Shown: positions 50,565-61,483, numbered from the stretch's first letter. The stretch: 64,000 nucleotides of DNA from Lachnospiraceae bacterium (GCA_017521605.1 JAFXCD010000037.1:4002-68001), one strand, 5' to 3'. The notes: generated by a model from the letters alone, not told the origin. A program made the numbers and translations.

Positions 50565-51281
50565 CTATGATGCCAATATCATATTGGGCTCAATAATAAA
50601 TTCTATTTGCTTTCCGGTAAAAGGATGCTTTAGCTCCAACCGATACGCATACAATGCCACATTACGAATCTTTAAATTTTTACTTATATTATCTGACTGC
50701 GTGTTACCATACTTTCCATCTCCCAATATAGGCCAACCGGCATTGGCCAGTTGGGCACGGATTTGATGAAAGCGTCCTGTATCAATGTGGACATCCAGCA
50801 AGGTAATACTACCGGTGTCTTCCAGAATTTTGTGCGACAATACTCTATATTGTAGCACTGCCTTTTGGGCTTCTTTATCCTGTGAATCACACACTTTTGC
50901 AAGATTCGCTTCCTTACGCAGATAATCCACAATCTCCCCGGTATCCTTTGCAGGTTTTCCACAAACTAGTGCATAGTACTGCTTATTTATTGTACCGCCA
51001 GTCAGCTGTGCCGTCAGCTTTCCTGCTGCTTCTTTCGTTTTAGCAAACACTAAAAGCCCTTCCACAGGCTGATCCAGACGATGAATGATACCCAGATATG
51101 GTGCACCTTTTATTCCTTTATTGTTTTGCCCGTTTTTCAGCACAGAGTGCTGCCCGGCCAAATAATTTTTCAATTCGCTGACCATATCCTTCTGTCCTAC
51201 TTTTGAGCTCTGGGTAGCCAGCCCCGCCGGCTTATGCGCCACCAGAATATGGGCATCCTCATATATAATTTTGGTCTGCAT
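50565..51281 (-). CDS. RluA-family pseudouridine synthase
   Basis: HKPAG, HRLDQPVEG, TGRFHQIR, GDGKYG. Confidence 0.92.
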   Translation of the reverse strand: MQTKIIYEDAHILVAHKPAGLATQSSKVGQKDMVSELKNYLAGQHSVLKNGQNNKGIKGAPYLGIIHRLDQPVEGLLVFAKTKEAAGKLTAQLTGGTINKQYYALVCGKPAKDTGEIVDYLRKEANLAKVCDSQDKEAQKAVLQYRVLSHKILEDTGSITLLDVHIDTGRFHQIRAQLANAGWPILGDGKYGNTQSDNISKNLKIRNVALYAYRLELKHPFTGKQIEFIIEPNMILAS

Positions 51282-51370
51282 AATTCCTTCACCTTTGCAA
51301 CTCATTATATACTATCTCTTCCAATACTATTTCTTATTCTGTAAACATATCCTCTTCTCCCTTTATAGGG

Positions 51371-52282
51371 CTAGTTCAAGTCTACAATTTTTTCAAGTAT
51401 TTTTTCTGTATTATTATCCACAAACTTAAAGATTTTCATTGCATCTTTACAGCATCCCATATCCTTCTGTCCCAAAAACCAAGCCGCAAACAGAAGCTCT
51501 ATAGACTTCATCACATAAGGAACTGCCTGCAATTCCTGAGTTGACAGTTTATTGACTTCCATGTATCCCTGAAATACATTTCTCAGCACCCGAAACCATT
51601 TCTCTTCAGTAACCACCAATGTTTCTTCCTCACACAACAGTCCCAGCAAAAAATAGCACAAATCAAAAATCCTGATATTTCTCTGACTCAAGTCAAAATC
51701 AATATACCCACAAAATTGCTCTTCCTCAAACAAAAAATTCCCAAAATGCACATCCCTATGTATCAACTGCACAGGCAGATTATCATACCATTTCTCCAGA
51801 TTTAGCAGAGTATCTTCAAATAAGCTTTTATTTACTATTTCCCACTCATTCTCTTCCAAAGTATCCTTAATCCAACCCTTCATCTCCAGAAGCAGACTAT
51901 TCTCCCCAAAATCCTCCTGTTTCTCGCACTCTAAAAATGCTCCATGAAGCTCTGCCAGGATTCTACCCATTTGATAACTTAATTTCTCCAACTGATTATT
52001 ACTGACAATGGGACTGCCCTGTAACCTTTGTGTTAAAATATAATAATTTGCAGTGTCCTTGGTGTAACTCCTGTCCTGACATGTGTTAATCAGCTTCGCC
52101 ACCGGTATTCCCAAACCAGAGAGAGTGGATATCAGTCGGATATTTCTCTCCAGATTATCCGGGTCATCGTATACTTTCAGCACATACTCCTCCCCCACCT
52201 GCCATGCAGAATCATAAATTTGCTTTACCTCCGGCTTTTCTATATCCCACTCTTTTAATATCTCTATAATATTCTCTTTCAT
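51371..52282 (-). CDS. APH/choline-kinase-like phosphotransferase
   Basis: VLKVY, IHRDVHFGN, IDFD. Confidence 0.85.
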   Translation of the reverse strand: MKENIIEILKEWDIEKPEVKQIYDSAWQVGEEYVLKVYDDPDNLERNIRLISTLSGLGIPVAKLINTCQDRSYTKDTANYYILTQRLQGSPIVSNNQLEKLSYQMGRILAELHGAFLECEKQEDFGENSLLLEMKGWIKDTLEENEWEIVNKSLFEDTLLNLEKWYDNLPVQLIHRDVHFGNFLFEEEQFCGYIDFDLSQRNIRIFDLCYFLLGLLCEEETLVVTEEKWFRVLRNVFQGYMEVNKLSTQELQAVPYVMKSIELLFAAWFLGQKDMGCCKDAMKIFKFVDNNTEKILEKIVDLN

Positions 52283-52369
52283 CTTCTCAAACCTTTTTCG
52301 CTCCTTAATAATAATTCTCCGAACACTGTACACAGACAGAGCATTAAGTATAGTATCTCTTCTTTATCC

Positions 52370-53497
52370 TTAATTGTCATTGATTGGCTTTGATATTGTT
52401 AATAAATTTATTGTATAGTCTTCAATATAATATCTTTCTCCATCAAACATATATACTATGTCTCTTCCAGGTGCAATCTGCTCTAATTGGACGTCCCCAT
52501 AATCGCCAATTTCATCAAGGTTCGTTTGTTGATATACATTTGAAGCATCTAAAACAATATGAATATTATCATATGTATCAAATTCATATACAACAACTTC
52601 ATCTACACCCTCTTTTAGAATAGGATATTTTACTACATATTCTCCAAATGTTTGTGTTTCAAATTCTTCCACCTTATCCACCAATATTCCTTGAGAATTT
52701 AAATAGTATTCCGCATTATTATTGTTATCAGTAATCTCATCCGTTACTGTATTATCAACAACTCCAACACTTGTTGTCCAATCAGACAGGTTTATTATCA
52801 ATGTTTTTCCATTTTCATAAATAAATGTCATCGTATCATCATTTACAATATAATCTACCGGTGCATACCATATATGTGGTTCAGCACCTTCATATACTCC
52901 TAATTTCATTATTTCTTCATAATACGTTACAAACAATTTTGCATTCTTAAAACTACTTGTTGAACCTATTTCTGTTTCTTCTATGTAATCATATGCTTGA
53001 ATTAATAGACCTGCAATTCCAACTTCATCGATTAAATTGTTTTCATTGTCATCTAAATATTTCTTCAATTCTTCTTTGCCAATATTTGTAATATCTTCAA
53101 ATTCTTCGTTTACCCTTCCCTCCGCATCAAGAGCACTCCAATATGCTTTTCCATCTGTATGATAATTGTACCAAACTTTACAAGTATAGATACTTCCCAT
53201 CTCCGCATATATATGTATTCCATCTTCTTGTGCTTGCTCTACTAATTCTTCCGCTTCATCTAAATCATATTCCGTCGAAAATGCATATATGTAATAATGA
53301 GCTTCTCCATACTCTTCTGTTTTAAAATCCTCTATTGAAAAATCAAACTGCGTATAATTATCTTCTAAATTATTTTCTTTGATATAATCTTGAAGTTCTT
53401 CTTTCGTGTTATAACGAATATTTTTACTATCTCCACACCCAGATAAGCATATTATCAAAAGCATAATCATTACAAAAAAGACATATCTTCTTTTCAT
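52370..53497 (-). CDS. Acidic AT-rich lipoprotein
   Basis: LSGC lipobox; visibly more AT-rich than neighbours. Confidence 0.8.
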   Translation of the reverse strand: MKRRYVFFVMIMLLIICLSGCGDSKNIRYNTKEELQDYIKENNLEDNYTQFDFSIEDFKTEEYGEAHYYIYAFSTEYDLDEAEELVEQAQEDGIHIYAEMGSIYTCKVWYNYHTDGKAYWSALDAEGRVNEEFEDITNIGKEELKKYLDDNENNLIDEVGIAGLLIQAYDYIEETEIGSTSSFKNAKLFVTYYEEIMKLGVYEGAEPHIWYAPVDYIVNDDTMTFIYENGKTLIINLSDWTTSVGVVDNTVTDEITDNNNNAEYYLNSQGILVDKVEEFETQTFGEYVVKYPILKEGVDEVVVYEFDTYDNIHIVLDASNVYQQTNLDEIGDYGDVQLEQIAPGRDIVYMFDGERYYIEDYTINLLTISKPINDN

Positions 53498-53567
53498 CGT
53501 TTATCCTCCAATAAAAATACCAGCTTAATTATTTCAATTAAACTTCTTTCCGTTTCCGCCTTATGCA

Positions 53568-53596
53568 CTTTTCAACCGGTTTATAAGCAATAATGT
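53568..53596. repeat. Degenerate copy 3 of the candidate recombination site
   Basis: TTCAACC-N4-TATAAG with the same spacing as the 12119 and 32559 copies. Confidence 0.4.
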
Positions 53597-53610
53597 CTTT
53601 TTCTTTGCCT

Positions 53611-54300
53611 TTACACCTTAAAGCGGTACCCCACACCCCAAATAGTCTCAATATACTGTGGCTTAGCAGTATCTGTTTCAATCTTCTCACGAATCTTCTT
53701 AATGTGTACGGTTACGGTAGCAATATCACCAATGGAATCCATATCCCAGATTTCACGGAACAGTTCCTCTTTAGTATATACATGGTTAGGATTTTCCGCC
53801 AGGAAGGTTAACAAATCATATTCCTTGGTGGTGAAATTCTTCTCCTCACCGTTGATATATACTCGACGGGCAGTTTTGTCAATACGGATACCACGGATTT
53901 CCACAATGTCGTTCTGAGGCTTCTGGCTGCCCACCAAACGCTCATATCTGGCCATGTGGGCCTTTACTCTTGCCACCAACTCACTGGGGCTGAAGGGCTT
54001 AGTCATATAATCATCTGCACCTAATCCTAATCCTCTGATTTTATCAATATCATCCTTCTTGGCAGATACCATAAGGATGGGGATGTCCTTTTCCTCACGA
54101 ATCTTTTTACATACCTCAAACCCATCCATACCGGGAAGCATCAAATCTAAAATAATCAAATCATAGTCCCCTGCCAATGCAACCTTCAATCCCTCATCTC
54201 CTGCATTACAAATATCTACCTCAAAATCACTCAACTCCAAATAATCCTTTTCCAAATCTGCAATTGCCACTTCATCTTCAATAATTAATATCTTACTCAT
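53611..54300 (-). CDS. OmpR-family response regulator
   Basis: IED, LDLMLP, KPF, winged helix ETIWGVGY. Confidence 0.95.
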   Translation of the reverse strand: MSKILIIEDEVAIADLEKDYLELSDFEVDICNAGDEGLKVALAGDYDLIILDLMLPGMDGFEVCKKIREEKDIPILMVSAKKDDIDKIRGLGLGADDYMTKPFSPSELVARVKAHMARYERLVGSQKPQNDIVEIRGIRIDKTARRVYINGEEKNFTTKEYDLLTFLAENPNHVYTKEELFREIWDMDSIGDIATVTVHIKKIREKIETDTAKPQYIETIWGVGYRFKV

Positions 54301-54321
54301 GCGTCTTTCCTCCTCACATCT

Positions 54322-55794
54322 TTAAACTTGCAATTCTTTATATTTTCTGATTACAAAATGGATACAGGTACCTTCCCCTTCCTTACTGGTAGCCCAAATG
54401 TACCCACCATGGTCTTCAATAATTTTTCTCACTATGGACAATCCGATACCACTACCACCTTGGGCAGAGTTTCGGGAAGCATCTGTCCGATAGAAACGTT
54501 CGAATATCTTAGGTAAATCCTTCTGGTCTATGCCTTTACCATTATCTTCGATTTCCACCCTGATAGCATCTGCCTCATCCAAAATACGGATATCGATACG
54601 CCCTTTAGACTTATTCATGTATTTTACGCTATTACTGATGATATTATTGATAACCTTCTTCATCTGTTCCGGATCTGCAATGATAATCGTATCTGCCGGT
54701 ACCAAATCCGTATAATTCAACTCGATACCCTTGGACTCCAAATCCAGTCCTACTTCCTCCACACAGTCGCCAAAATAATCTGCTACATTGATACGGTGAA
54801 AGTTGTAAGGGATACGATTATTGTCAATACCGGAGTACATGGTCAACTCATTAATCAGCTTATCCATGTCTATAGCCTTATTATAAATAGTGCGAATGTA
54901 CTTATCCATCTTTTCCGGTGTATCTGCCACACCATCCATAATACCCTCTACATAACCTTTAATAGCAGTAATGGGAGTCTTCAAATCATGGGAAATATTG
55001 CTTACCAGCTCCTTGTTCTGCTGTACATGCTGTTTATTTTCCTCTGTAGTTTCCTTCAGACGCAGACGCATGTCCTCATAATTACGGTACAGGTCTCCGA
55101 TTTCTCCCTCCAAATCTGTTTCCAGCATATAGTCAAAATTACCTTCCTTAATCTTATGCATGGCTACATCCAACTTGTCCAGTGGAAGGAATACGCTCTT
55201 ACGGAACCACAGAGTCAACATAATACCAGTAAATATAAGAATCAGCAAAATAGCAATAAACATATCCACCAGAAGTTCTCTTGATATAAGCGTATTCATC
55301 TTGGTTACCACAAAGATACTTCCTTTTGCCCCGTCCCGGAATATAAAATCATATTGCTTTACATATTTATTATAGGCTTTAAAATAATAACCCGAATCCT
55401 TGTCCGGTGCCTCATCATAATCCGGAAGCTTGTCGAATATCTTATCCGACAACTCTGTATTTCCTGTGTAATAAAGCTCTTTATCCTTACGAACTAATAA
55501 ATATGCTGCCTTCTTGGCAATTTTATCATTCAGTTCCTGCAGATATTCCGTATCTTCCAATCTGGTAATATTTGCTTCAGCCTGCTCCAGAATCTCTTCA
55601 TAGGTCATTTCAGCAGTATTTGCAAAAGATTCAAAACTCTCTGTCATCAAGGAATAATCCCACTCCTGTATGGAATGACCTTGTCGATAGTTCACCAATA
55701 TGGCTCCGATAAAGCAATATGCCAATACTGTCAATAACAATGGCAAAGCAATAATCGTTAGTAAGGTAATCTGCAACCGTGTCTTAAATTTCAT
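54322..55794 (-). CDS. HAMP sensor histidine kinase
   Basis: Two TM helices, SHDLKTP, DNGKG, GSGIGL. Confidence 0.95.
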   Translation of the reverse strand: MKFKTRLQITLLTIIALPLLLTVLAYCFIGAILVNYRQGHSIQEWDYSLMTESFESFANTAEMTYEEILEQAEANITRLEDTEYLQELNDKIAKKAAYLLVRKDKELYYTGNTELSDKIFDKLPDYDEAPDKDSGYYFKAYNKYVKQYDFIFRDGAKGSIFVVTKMNTLISRELLVDMFIAILLILIFTGIMLTLWFRKSVFLPLDKLDVAMHKIKEGNFDYMLETDLEGEIGDLYRNYEDMRLRLKETTEENKQHVQQNKELVSNISHDLKTPITAIKGYVEGIMDGVADTPEKMDKYIRTIYNKAIDMDKLINELTMYSGIDNNRIPYNFHRINVADYFGDCVEEVGLDLESKGIELNYTDLVPADTIIIADPEQMKKVINNIISNSVKYMNKSKGRIDIRILDEADAIRVEIEDNGKGIDQKDLPKIFERFYRTDASRNSAQGGSGIGLSIVRKIIEDHGGYIWATSKEGEGTCIHFVIRKYKELQV

Positions 55795-55950
55795 GGTTTG
55801 CTCCTCTATCTATAATTTTATATAACTCATACAATTACTGTTTTCTAATATAAATAAGTATAACACATTCTGTTCCAAGGTCAAAAAAAACCTGGAAAAA
55901 ATATCATTAAAAAACTATAAAAATTTTTTTCATATTTTTTCAAAAAGCTA

Positions 55951-55997
55951 TTGACTTTTCTCTGGTTTTTAGTATAATAAAATCAGTAATCGTTACT
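55951..55997 (+). promoter_or_regulatory. Sigma-A promoter and candidate PerR operator
   Basis: TTGACT-16-TATAAT; AGTAAT-C-GTTACT near-palindrome just downstream. Confidence 0.6.
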
Positions 55998-56023
55998 AAT
56001 ATTGATTTTTGAAAGGAGGAACA

Positions 56024-56416
56024 ATGGCACTAAAGCATAGCAAACAGCGGGATATGATTAAAGATTTCCTAATGAGTCGTAAAGATCATCCCACAGCTGA
56101 CGTTGTTTATATGAATGTAAGACAACAACAACCCAATATCAGTTTAGGAACTGTATATAGAAACCTGACTCTTCTGACCGAAATCGGTGAAATCCAGCGT
56201 TTACATCTGGGAGACGGAGTAGATCACTTTGATGCCGATATTTCCAAACATTATCATTTTATATGTAATGATTGCGGAGGTGTGATTGACTTAGAAATGG
56301 ACAACATTTCATCTATTACGGATGTGGCGCAAAAAAACTTTGATGGTCATATTGCCGGTCATGTCACACATTTTTACGGTTCATGTAGCAGTTGTATGAA
56401 ACAAAAGAATTATTAA
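56024..56416 (+). CDS. perR: Fur-family regulator, PerR-like
   Basis: HPTA, GTVYRNL, HYHFICNDC...CSSC; adjacent to rubrerythrin. Confidence 0.85.
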   Translation: MALKHSKQRDMIKDFLMSRKDHPTADVVYMNVRQQQPNISLGTVYRNLTLLTEIGEIQRLHLGDGVDHFDADISKHYHFICNDCGGVIDLEMDNISSITDVAQKNFDGHIAGHVTHFYGSCSSCMKQKNY

Positions 56417-56489
56417 TCCGGCAAGCCGGAACAAAACTTAATAAAGCAAAAAACAATAAACATTTTTAAAAAGAAAAGGAGATAAGATT

Positions 56490-57029
56490 ATGAAGTATGT
56501 ATGTAGTGTATGTGGTTATGTTCATGAAGGAGATGCTGCACCTGAGAAGTGCCCCGTATGTGGAGTTCCCGCTGAGAAGTTCACCGAGATGGCAGGCGAA
56601 AAGGTTTGGGCTGCTGAGCATGTGGTAGGTGTAGCACAGGGTGCTCCCGAAGATATTATGATGGATTTAAGAGCAAACTTCGAAGGCGAATGCTCAGAAG
56701 TTGGTATGTACCTGGCTATGGCTCGTGTTGCTCACAGAGAAGGCTATCCGGAAATCGGTCTCTACTGGGAAAAGGCTGCTTGGGAAGAAGCTGAGCATGC
56801 AGCTAAGTTTGCAGAATTACTTGGAGAAGTAGTTACTGCTTCTACCAAGAAGAATCTGGAAATGAGAGTAGATGCTGAAAACGGTGCTACCGCAGGTAAG
56901 TTCGATCTTGCTAAGAGAGCTAAAGAACTGAATCTTGACGCAATCCATGACACCGTTCATGAGATGGCACGCGATGAAGCTAGACATGGAAAAGCGTTTG
57001 AAGGACTGCTTAAGAGATACTTTGGTTAA
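56490..57029 (+). CDS. Reverse rubrerythrin (NADH peroxidase)
   Basis: N-terminal CSVC...CPVC rubredoxin domain; EAEH and EARH diiron motifs. Confidence 0.93.
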   Translation: MKYVCSVCGYVHEGDAAPEKCPVCGVPAEKFTEMAGEKVWAAEHVVGVAQGAPEDIMMDLRANFEGECSEVGMYLAMARVAHREGYPEIGLYWEKAAWEEAEHAAKFAELLGEVVTASTKKNLEMRVDAENGATAGKFDLAKRAKELNLDAIHDTVHEMARDEARHGKAFEGLLKRYFG

Positions 57030-57052
57030 GCTACAAGCCGAGTAAAAGTGTG

Positions 57053-57095
57053 ATAATAACGCCCTGCAAGTTTACTTGTAAGGGCGTTCATTATT
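57053..57095 (+). terminator. Hairpin after rubrerythrin
   Basis: AACGCCCT-GCAAG/CTTGT-AAGGGCGTT stem. Confidence 0.6.
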
Positions 57096-57144
57096 GCACT
57101 TTTATTGGGCGACAGCCCTCCATGAGGAAGTAGCGTAGCGGATT

Positions 57145-57268
57145 CCGAATGGCTCGGCTTGTTAGCCGAATGGCTCGGCTTGTTAGCCGAATGGCTCGGC
57201 TTGTTAGCCGAATGGCTCAGCTGTTAGCCGAAGAACCAGCTGTTGACCAATGGGCTCGGCTGTTGGCC
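57145..57268. repeat. 21-bp palindromic tandem repeat
   Basis: CCGAATGGCTCGGCTTGTTAG three exact copies plus three degenerate; TCGGCT/AGCCGA hairpin across each junction. Confidence 0.9.
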
Positions 57269-57413
57269 TTACCATATGAAGATATTGAAATCTCTTGTAT
57301 CACCATCATATATTTGCTATAATCAATTGAAACAACTGACAACATTAATAAATATATTGCCCACTATAATAACTATAAAGTACCAACAACAAACACTACA
57401 GGGAGGTATTGGT

Positions 57414-57845
57414 ATGTTGAAAAATCACTCAATCGCACACAAATTTTTCATCTTTACCGGAATTATTCTGGCAATTGCCTGCATGGTTACTTCTTCATTC
57501 CCTAGCATTGAATATTCCTCTTCTTATGGTTGGAATATGAATGATACCAGACCAATTGGTAATTTTGATTCTTCTATTTTTTTAATACTGGGTATTATAG
57601 AGATATTGCTACTGTTTACCAGTAACCATGCTCTCCGCCGCCTTGCCCTATTCATATCATTGGCCAAAATTTTTCTTCCTTGGTTCTCTTTTTGCGCCAA
57701 TAATTTTTTGGGAAGTTTGATGACTGATGCTTCTTTTAAGTATACTGTACTCAATAATTTCCCTTACATTACTACATTTTTAGCCATATTACTGTTCATC
57801 CAACATCTATTAATGTATATATTCATATATCCTAATCATAAATAA
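57414..57845 (+). CDS. Four-TM membrane protein
   Basis: RBS GGAGGT before the ATG at 57414; hydrophobic helices. Confidence 0.7.
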   Translation: MLKNHSIAHKFFIFTGIILAIACMVTSSFPSIEYSSSYGWNMNDTRPIGNFDSSIFLILGIIEILLLFTSNHALRRLALFISLAKIFLPWFSFCANNFLGSLMTDASFKYTVLNNFPYITTFLAILLFIQHLLMYIFIYPNHK

Positions 57846-58023
57846 CTTGTTCTAATTCCTTAGTTCTACCGCTAAAACAGTTACGAGGTATTTTTGTATC
57901 ACCGTAAAAGCATTTCGTGATATTCCTTTTTTGCTCCCGCATATAGCCTATTCTAAATTCACACCTCAATCTCTCCGATATAATTATAAAGTTCTATATT
58001 ATACGAAAGTTGGAGGAAATCTT

Positions 58024-58854
58024 ATGAATAAAAAAGTGTTTCGACTATTTCTTGTTATTTCCATGTTCATTTTTTTAACCGGTTGCAGTAATCGTGTGGT
58101 TCAAACTCCTTCACCCATCGCACCGGAAGTTAATGAAGAGCCCATATCTACTACAGAAGTTGCCCCTGTTGCTACATCTGCACCTTCAGAAATTGCTTTA
58201 GCTCCCACCTCTGTGTCCACTCCTATACCAACATTAACACCTTTTCCTGAATCTACATTGACACCTACTTTAGAACCTACACCTGTACCTACTCCGGAAC
58301 CCACTCCCGTACCTACTCCGGAACCCACTCCCGTACCTACTCCGGAACCTACACCTGTACCTACTCCGGAACCTACACCTGTACCTACTCCGGAACCTAC
58401 TCCTATACCCACTCCGGTACCTACACCTGTACCCACTCCTGCACCTACTCCGGAACCTACTCCCGTACCTACTCCGGCGCCTACAACCAGTCATGACCTA
58501 ACTAAGGCTCAGGATGTTTTCAACCTTGTAAACTCAATACGAGCTGAAAATAGTTTGCCTGCTCTTACCTGGGATGACCGGCTATATGAATCTGCCCAAA
58601 TCCGTTCACAGGAAATTTCTGTAGTCTGGTCACATACCAGACCGGACGGCACCGATTGTTTTACAGTTTCAAATGTACTTCATGGTGAAAATATTGCTTA
58701 CGGATATGCCGATGCCAATAATGTGGTAAATGGATGGATGGACTCCCAAGGGCATAAAGAAAATATATTGCGGGCTGACTTTACACGTACAGCCATAGCT
58801 TACTATCTTGCACCGGATGGAACCCCTTATTGGTGCCACCATTTTGGTTACTAA
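58024..58854 (+). CDS. CAP/SCP-domain lipoprotein with Pro/Thr linker
   Basis: LTGC lipobox; PTPEPTPV repeats; [24 protein letters not shown]. Confidence 0.92.
   Translation: MNKKVFRLFLVISMFIFLTGCSNRVVQTPSPIAPEVNEEPISTTEVAPVATSAPSEIALAPTSVSTPIPTLTPFPESTLTPTLEPTPVPTPEPTPVPTPEPTPVPTPEPTPVPTPEPTPVPTPEPTPIPTPVPTPVPTPAPTPEPTPVPTPAPTTSHDLTKAQDVFNLVNSIRAENSLPALTWDDRLYESAQIRSQEISVVWSHTRPDGTDCFTVSNVLHGENIAYGYADANNVVNGWMDSQGHKENILRADFTRTAIAYYLAPDGTPYWCHHFGY
58264..58485 (+). repeat. Coding 12/24-bp tandem repeat (PTPE/PTPV)
   Basis: CCTACTCCGGAACCYACWCCYGTA units. Confidence 0.9.
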
Positions 58855-58895
58855 ATCTATTCATAATTTGTTCATGAAACGTTTTCTATTTTTCA

Positions 58896-58924
58896 TTGAC
58901 AAATGAATCTTTAGGACATATAAT
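58896..58924 (+). promoter_or_regulatory. Consensus sigma-A promoter
   Basis: TTGACA-17-TATAAT. Confidence 0.8.
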
Positions 58925-59031
58925 TAAAATAGACAGAAAATTCAATTTAATTTTGGCAATCGCGCGACACATATTCTTTCGCAAACCACAGTGTCGCAAA
59001 ACAACATAAAATCAGAAAAGGAGATACTATT

Positions 59032-59430
59032 ATGGCAAAAGTAAACGGTGCACAATCAGTAGAAACTATTCCCGGTAGAAAAATTGTCCTCTCCGCAGGT
59101 GTTGGTAAAACCAATATTGATGAGTTAAAATGGTTGACAGAAACAGTACTGGAAAGCGCAGCTGCTTGGAAAGCTTCCGGTTGGGCTTACATAGCAGATT
59201 GTTCCAAGATGAGTCCTGTTACTCCTGCAGAAGGTGGCGAATTGGTTATCATGACAAAGAAGTTCGTAGAAGCCGGCTGTAAGGCTTTCGGATTTGCAGA
59301 GGGCAGCTCTGTTATGTTGAAGCTTCAGGCACAAAAAAATACACAGCGTTCCGAAACCGGCGTATTAGAAGGACATTTTGCTACTGTAGACGAAGTATTA
59401 ACTTGGTTGAAGGATGAAGTAAAAATCTAA
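59032..59430 (+). CDS. SpoIIAA/STAS-SEC14-like protein
   Basis: 132 aa; IADCSKM and terminal FATVDEVLTWL pattern; strong RBS. Confidence 0.6.
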   Translation: MAKVNGAQSVETIPGRKIVLSAGVGKTNIDELKWLTETVLESAAAWKASGWAYIADCSKMSPVTPAEGGELVIMTKKFVEAGCKAFGFAEGSSVMLKLQAQKNTQRSETGVLEGHFATVDEVLTWLKDEVKI

Positions 59431-59490
59431 CTATAAAACGGAAGAGGGGATCTGATAATCCCCTCTGTTTTATTACAATGGGGGTATTTT

Positions 59491-60099
59491 GTGGGACATC
59501 TTTTATCAGAAATAACAGAAGGGGAACGCTTTGTATTACACATATCCAACGAAGGACATTCCCTGGACCTATATGGTATCATTAAGAAACACTTAAAAGA
59601 AAATATTGCATTAATTACCATTTTGCATAATCAGCGTCTGATCTTTGAAAATGTCCATGTCGACATAGAAGCTATTGGTGAAGAAAGTATTCCCATTATG
59701 TGGCGTAATGTTAAAATTGTAAACTATAAAACAGACTATATTATGCAGGCTCCTACAGATGGTGTAAAACATAATCGCCGCGGTTGCTTCCGCGTTGCGG
59801 TAGCTGTTGTGGCACAGATGAAAATAGGAGGAAATGGTGCCAAGCATGTAATGGTTCGAGACATCAGCTTAAGTGGTTTCGCTTTGGCTGATCGAAAAAA
59901 AGAGCTGGAGCTTTCCAAAGGTACACTACTCTCCATCTATTTTGAAGATATAGGCTGTATTATTGATCTGACCGGCAAGCTGGTTCGTATTGAAGAAAGA
60001 GAAGATATGATTATCTACGGCTTCCAAACCGTCAATCTTTGTAGAGATTTATCCAATTACCTGAATCTAAAACAAAGACGTAATCGTACAAAAGAATGA
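59491..60099 (+). CDS. PilZ-domain (YcgR-like) c-di-GMP receptor
   Basis: RGCFR (RxxxR) and DISLSG (DxSxxG). Confidence 0.85.
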   Translation: MGHLLSEITEGERFVLHISNEGHSLDLYGIIKKHLKENIALITILHNQRLIFENVHVDIEAIGEESIPIMWRNVKIVNYKTDYIMQAPTDGVKHNRRGCFRVAVAVVAQMKIGGNGAKHVMVRDISLSGFALADRKKELELSKGTLLSIYFEDIGCIIDLTGKLVRIEEREDMIIYGFQTVNLCRDLSNYLNLKQRRNRTKE

Positions 60100-60132
60100 A
60101 ACGCGGGAACAGTGAAACTGCACCCGCGTTTT
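60099..60132. terminator. Bidirectional terminator between convergent genes
   Basis: AAACGCGGG...CCCGCGTTT. Confidence 0.7.
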
Positions 60133-60133
60133 A

Positions 60134-61483
60134 TTATGCTTCTGCCTTATTCTTTTTCTTAAAGCGGCTTTTTAAACCGGTTCCCTTATAAAACAGCTGA
60201 TTCTTATATATTTTTCCTGCAGCAATTACCAGTGCTATAGATGACGCCATAAGGATTGCCACATACAATATACTTTCTGCCACTGTGATATTACCTACCA
60301 CAATATCTCCGGGCAACATATATGCGCTGGTAAGAGGACAAATTCTCAACAAGGTATTTAGCCACTCCTTTTCCTGCAAGGGCAACAAATATGCACCAAA
60401 GAAACCTAATACCATAATTATGGTATAATATGACATAACCTGAGCCAGAGTTTCTGCCTTTGCGGAAAAACTGGCTATGAGACCTGCCAATACACAATAG
60501 AACAGGAACGCCAGGCAAACCGTTAAAAATGCAATAATAAATGCACCAATACTAAAGGCTGTACTTCCCTCCTTACTACCAAGTAATCTGAAGATTTCCA
60601 GCAAGTCATTGGTATATTCCGGATATACTACATTTTGAGCCACTACATCTCCTAAAAGAAAACCAACAACAAGCCCTCCTACCCACAGTGTCATCTGCAT
60701 AATAGCAATACAGGTAGTTGCTAATATTTTGCCAAAAATCAAGCTATAAGGCTGTGTCAATGTCAGCATCATTTCCATCAACTTGGAATTCTTCTCCATG
60801 CTGACAATATTGCCCATTCCCTGTCCGTATACAATATTCATCATATAGATAAAAAGCATACAGAGTGTAGGAAGAAGTAATATAACCAGTTCTTCTCCTA
60901 TACCCTTTTCTTCTTCTCCTGCATCCAGCATGGTAGTTGAAATACTGCTCATCATAAGGACCAGCTTCTCCATGGGAATACCGGAAGAAATTAACTTACT
61001 TTGCTCCATTACAAGTGTAATGTCCTCTAACAGCTCCTCTGCTTCACTTTCCTTTATGACAGAGTTCTGTGGTAAATATAAGGTCATTCTATACCCTTTG
61101 TCTGCCTTTCCAATCTGCAGAATCACATCTTTAGAACCTTCTTCATCAGAATCCTTCAAAAGTTTCTCATTAAGTTCCTGCACAGTACTTTTTTCCTGTA
61201 CAAAAGAAAGTGTGGGATAATTTTCCTTATACACTTCCATGAAACCATCTAAATAAAGCACCTGTATTTCACTTTCATCAATAATATGTACTACTTCTAT
61301 AGGTGAAAGCTCTGTTGCATCCTTCTTCTGACTGTAAGCCATAATAATACTGATAGCCATTCCCACTATAAACAACAAAATTGTCAGACCCATTGTTGCT
61401 AATTTAAAATTCTTTCCACTTACCCCTTGCGTAAAGGTGAAACGAAATACATCCTTCCATCCGCGAAATAACTTACTACTCAT
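60134..61483 (-). CDS. ABC-2 permease (NatB/YhaP-like)
   Basis: EKNSKLMEMML, GKIL, multi-TM. Confidence 0.88.
   Translation of the reverse strand: MSSKLFRGWKDVFRFTFTQGVSGKNFKLATMGLTILLFIVGMAISIIMAYSQKKDATELSPIEVVHIIDESEIQVLYLDGFMEVYKENYPTLSFVQEKSTVQELNEKLLKDSDEEGSKDVILQIGKADKGYRMTLYLPQNSVIKESEAEELLEDITLVMEQSKLISSGIPMEKLVLMMSSISTTMLDAGEEEKGIGEELVILLLPTLCMLFIYMMNIVYGQGMGNIVSMEKNSKLMEMMLTLTQPYSLIFGKILATTCIAIMQMTLWVGGLVVGFLLGDVVAQNVVYPEYTNDLLEIFRLLGSKEGSTAFSIGAFIIAFLTVCLAFLFYCVLAGLIASFSAKAETLAQVMSYYTIIMVLGFFGAYLLPLQEKEWLNTLLRICPLTSAYMLPGDIVVGNITVAESILYVAILMASSIALVIAAGKIYKNQLFYKGTGLKSRFKKKNKAEA

Noticed and set aside
57145-57268. Possible CRISPR array
   Set aside because: Units are directly tandem with no unique spacers.
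58101-58494. Minus-strand GV-rich and RS-rich ORFs
   Set aside because: Antisense shadows of the Pro/Thr linker repeat in the CAP lipoprotein.
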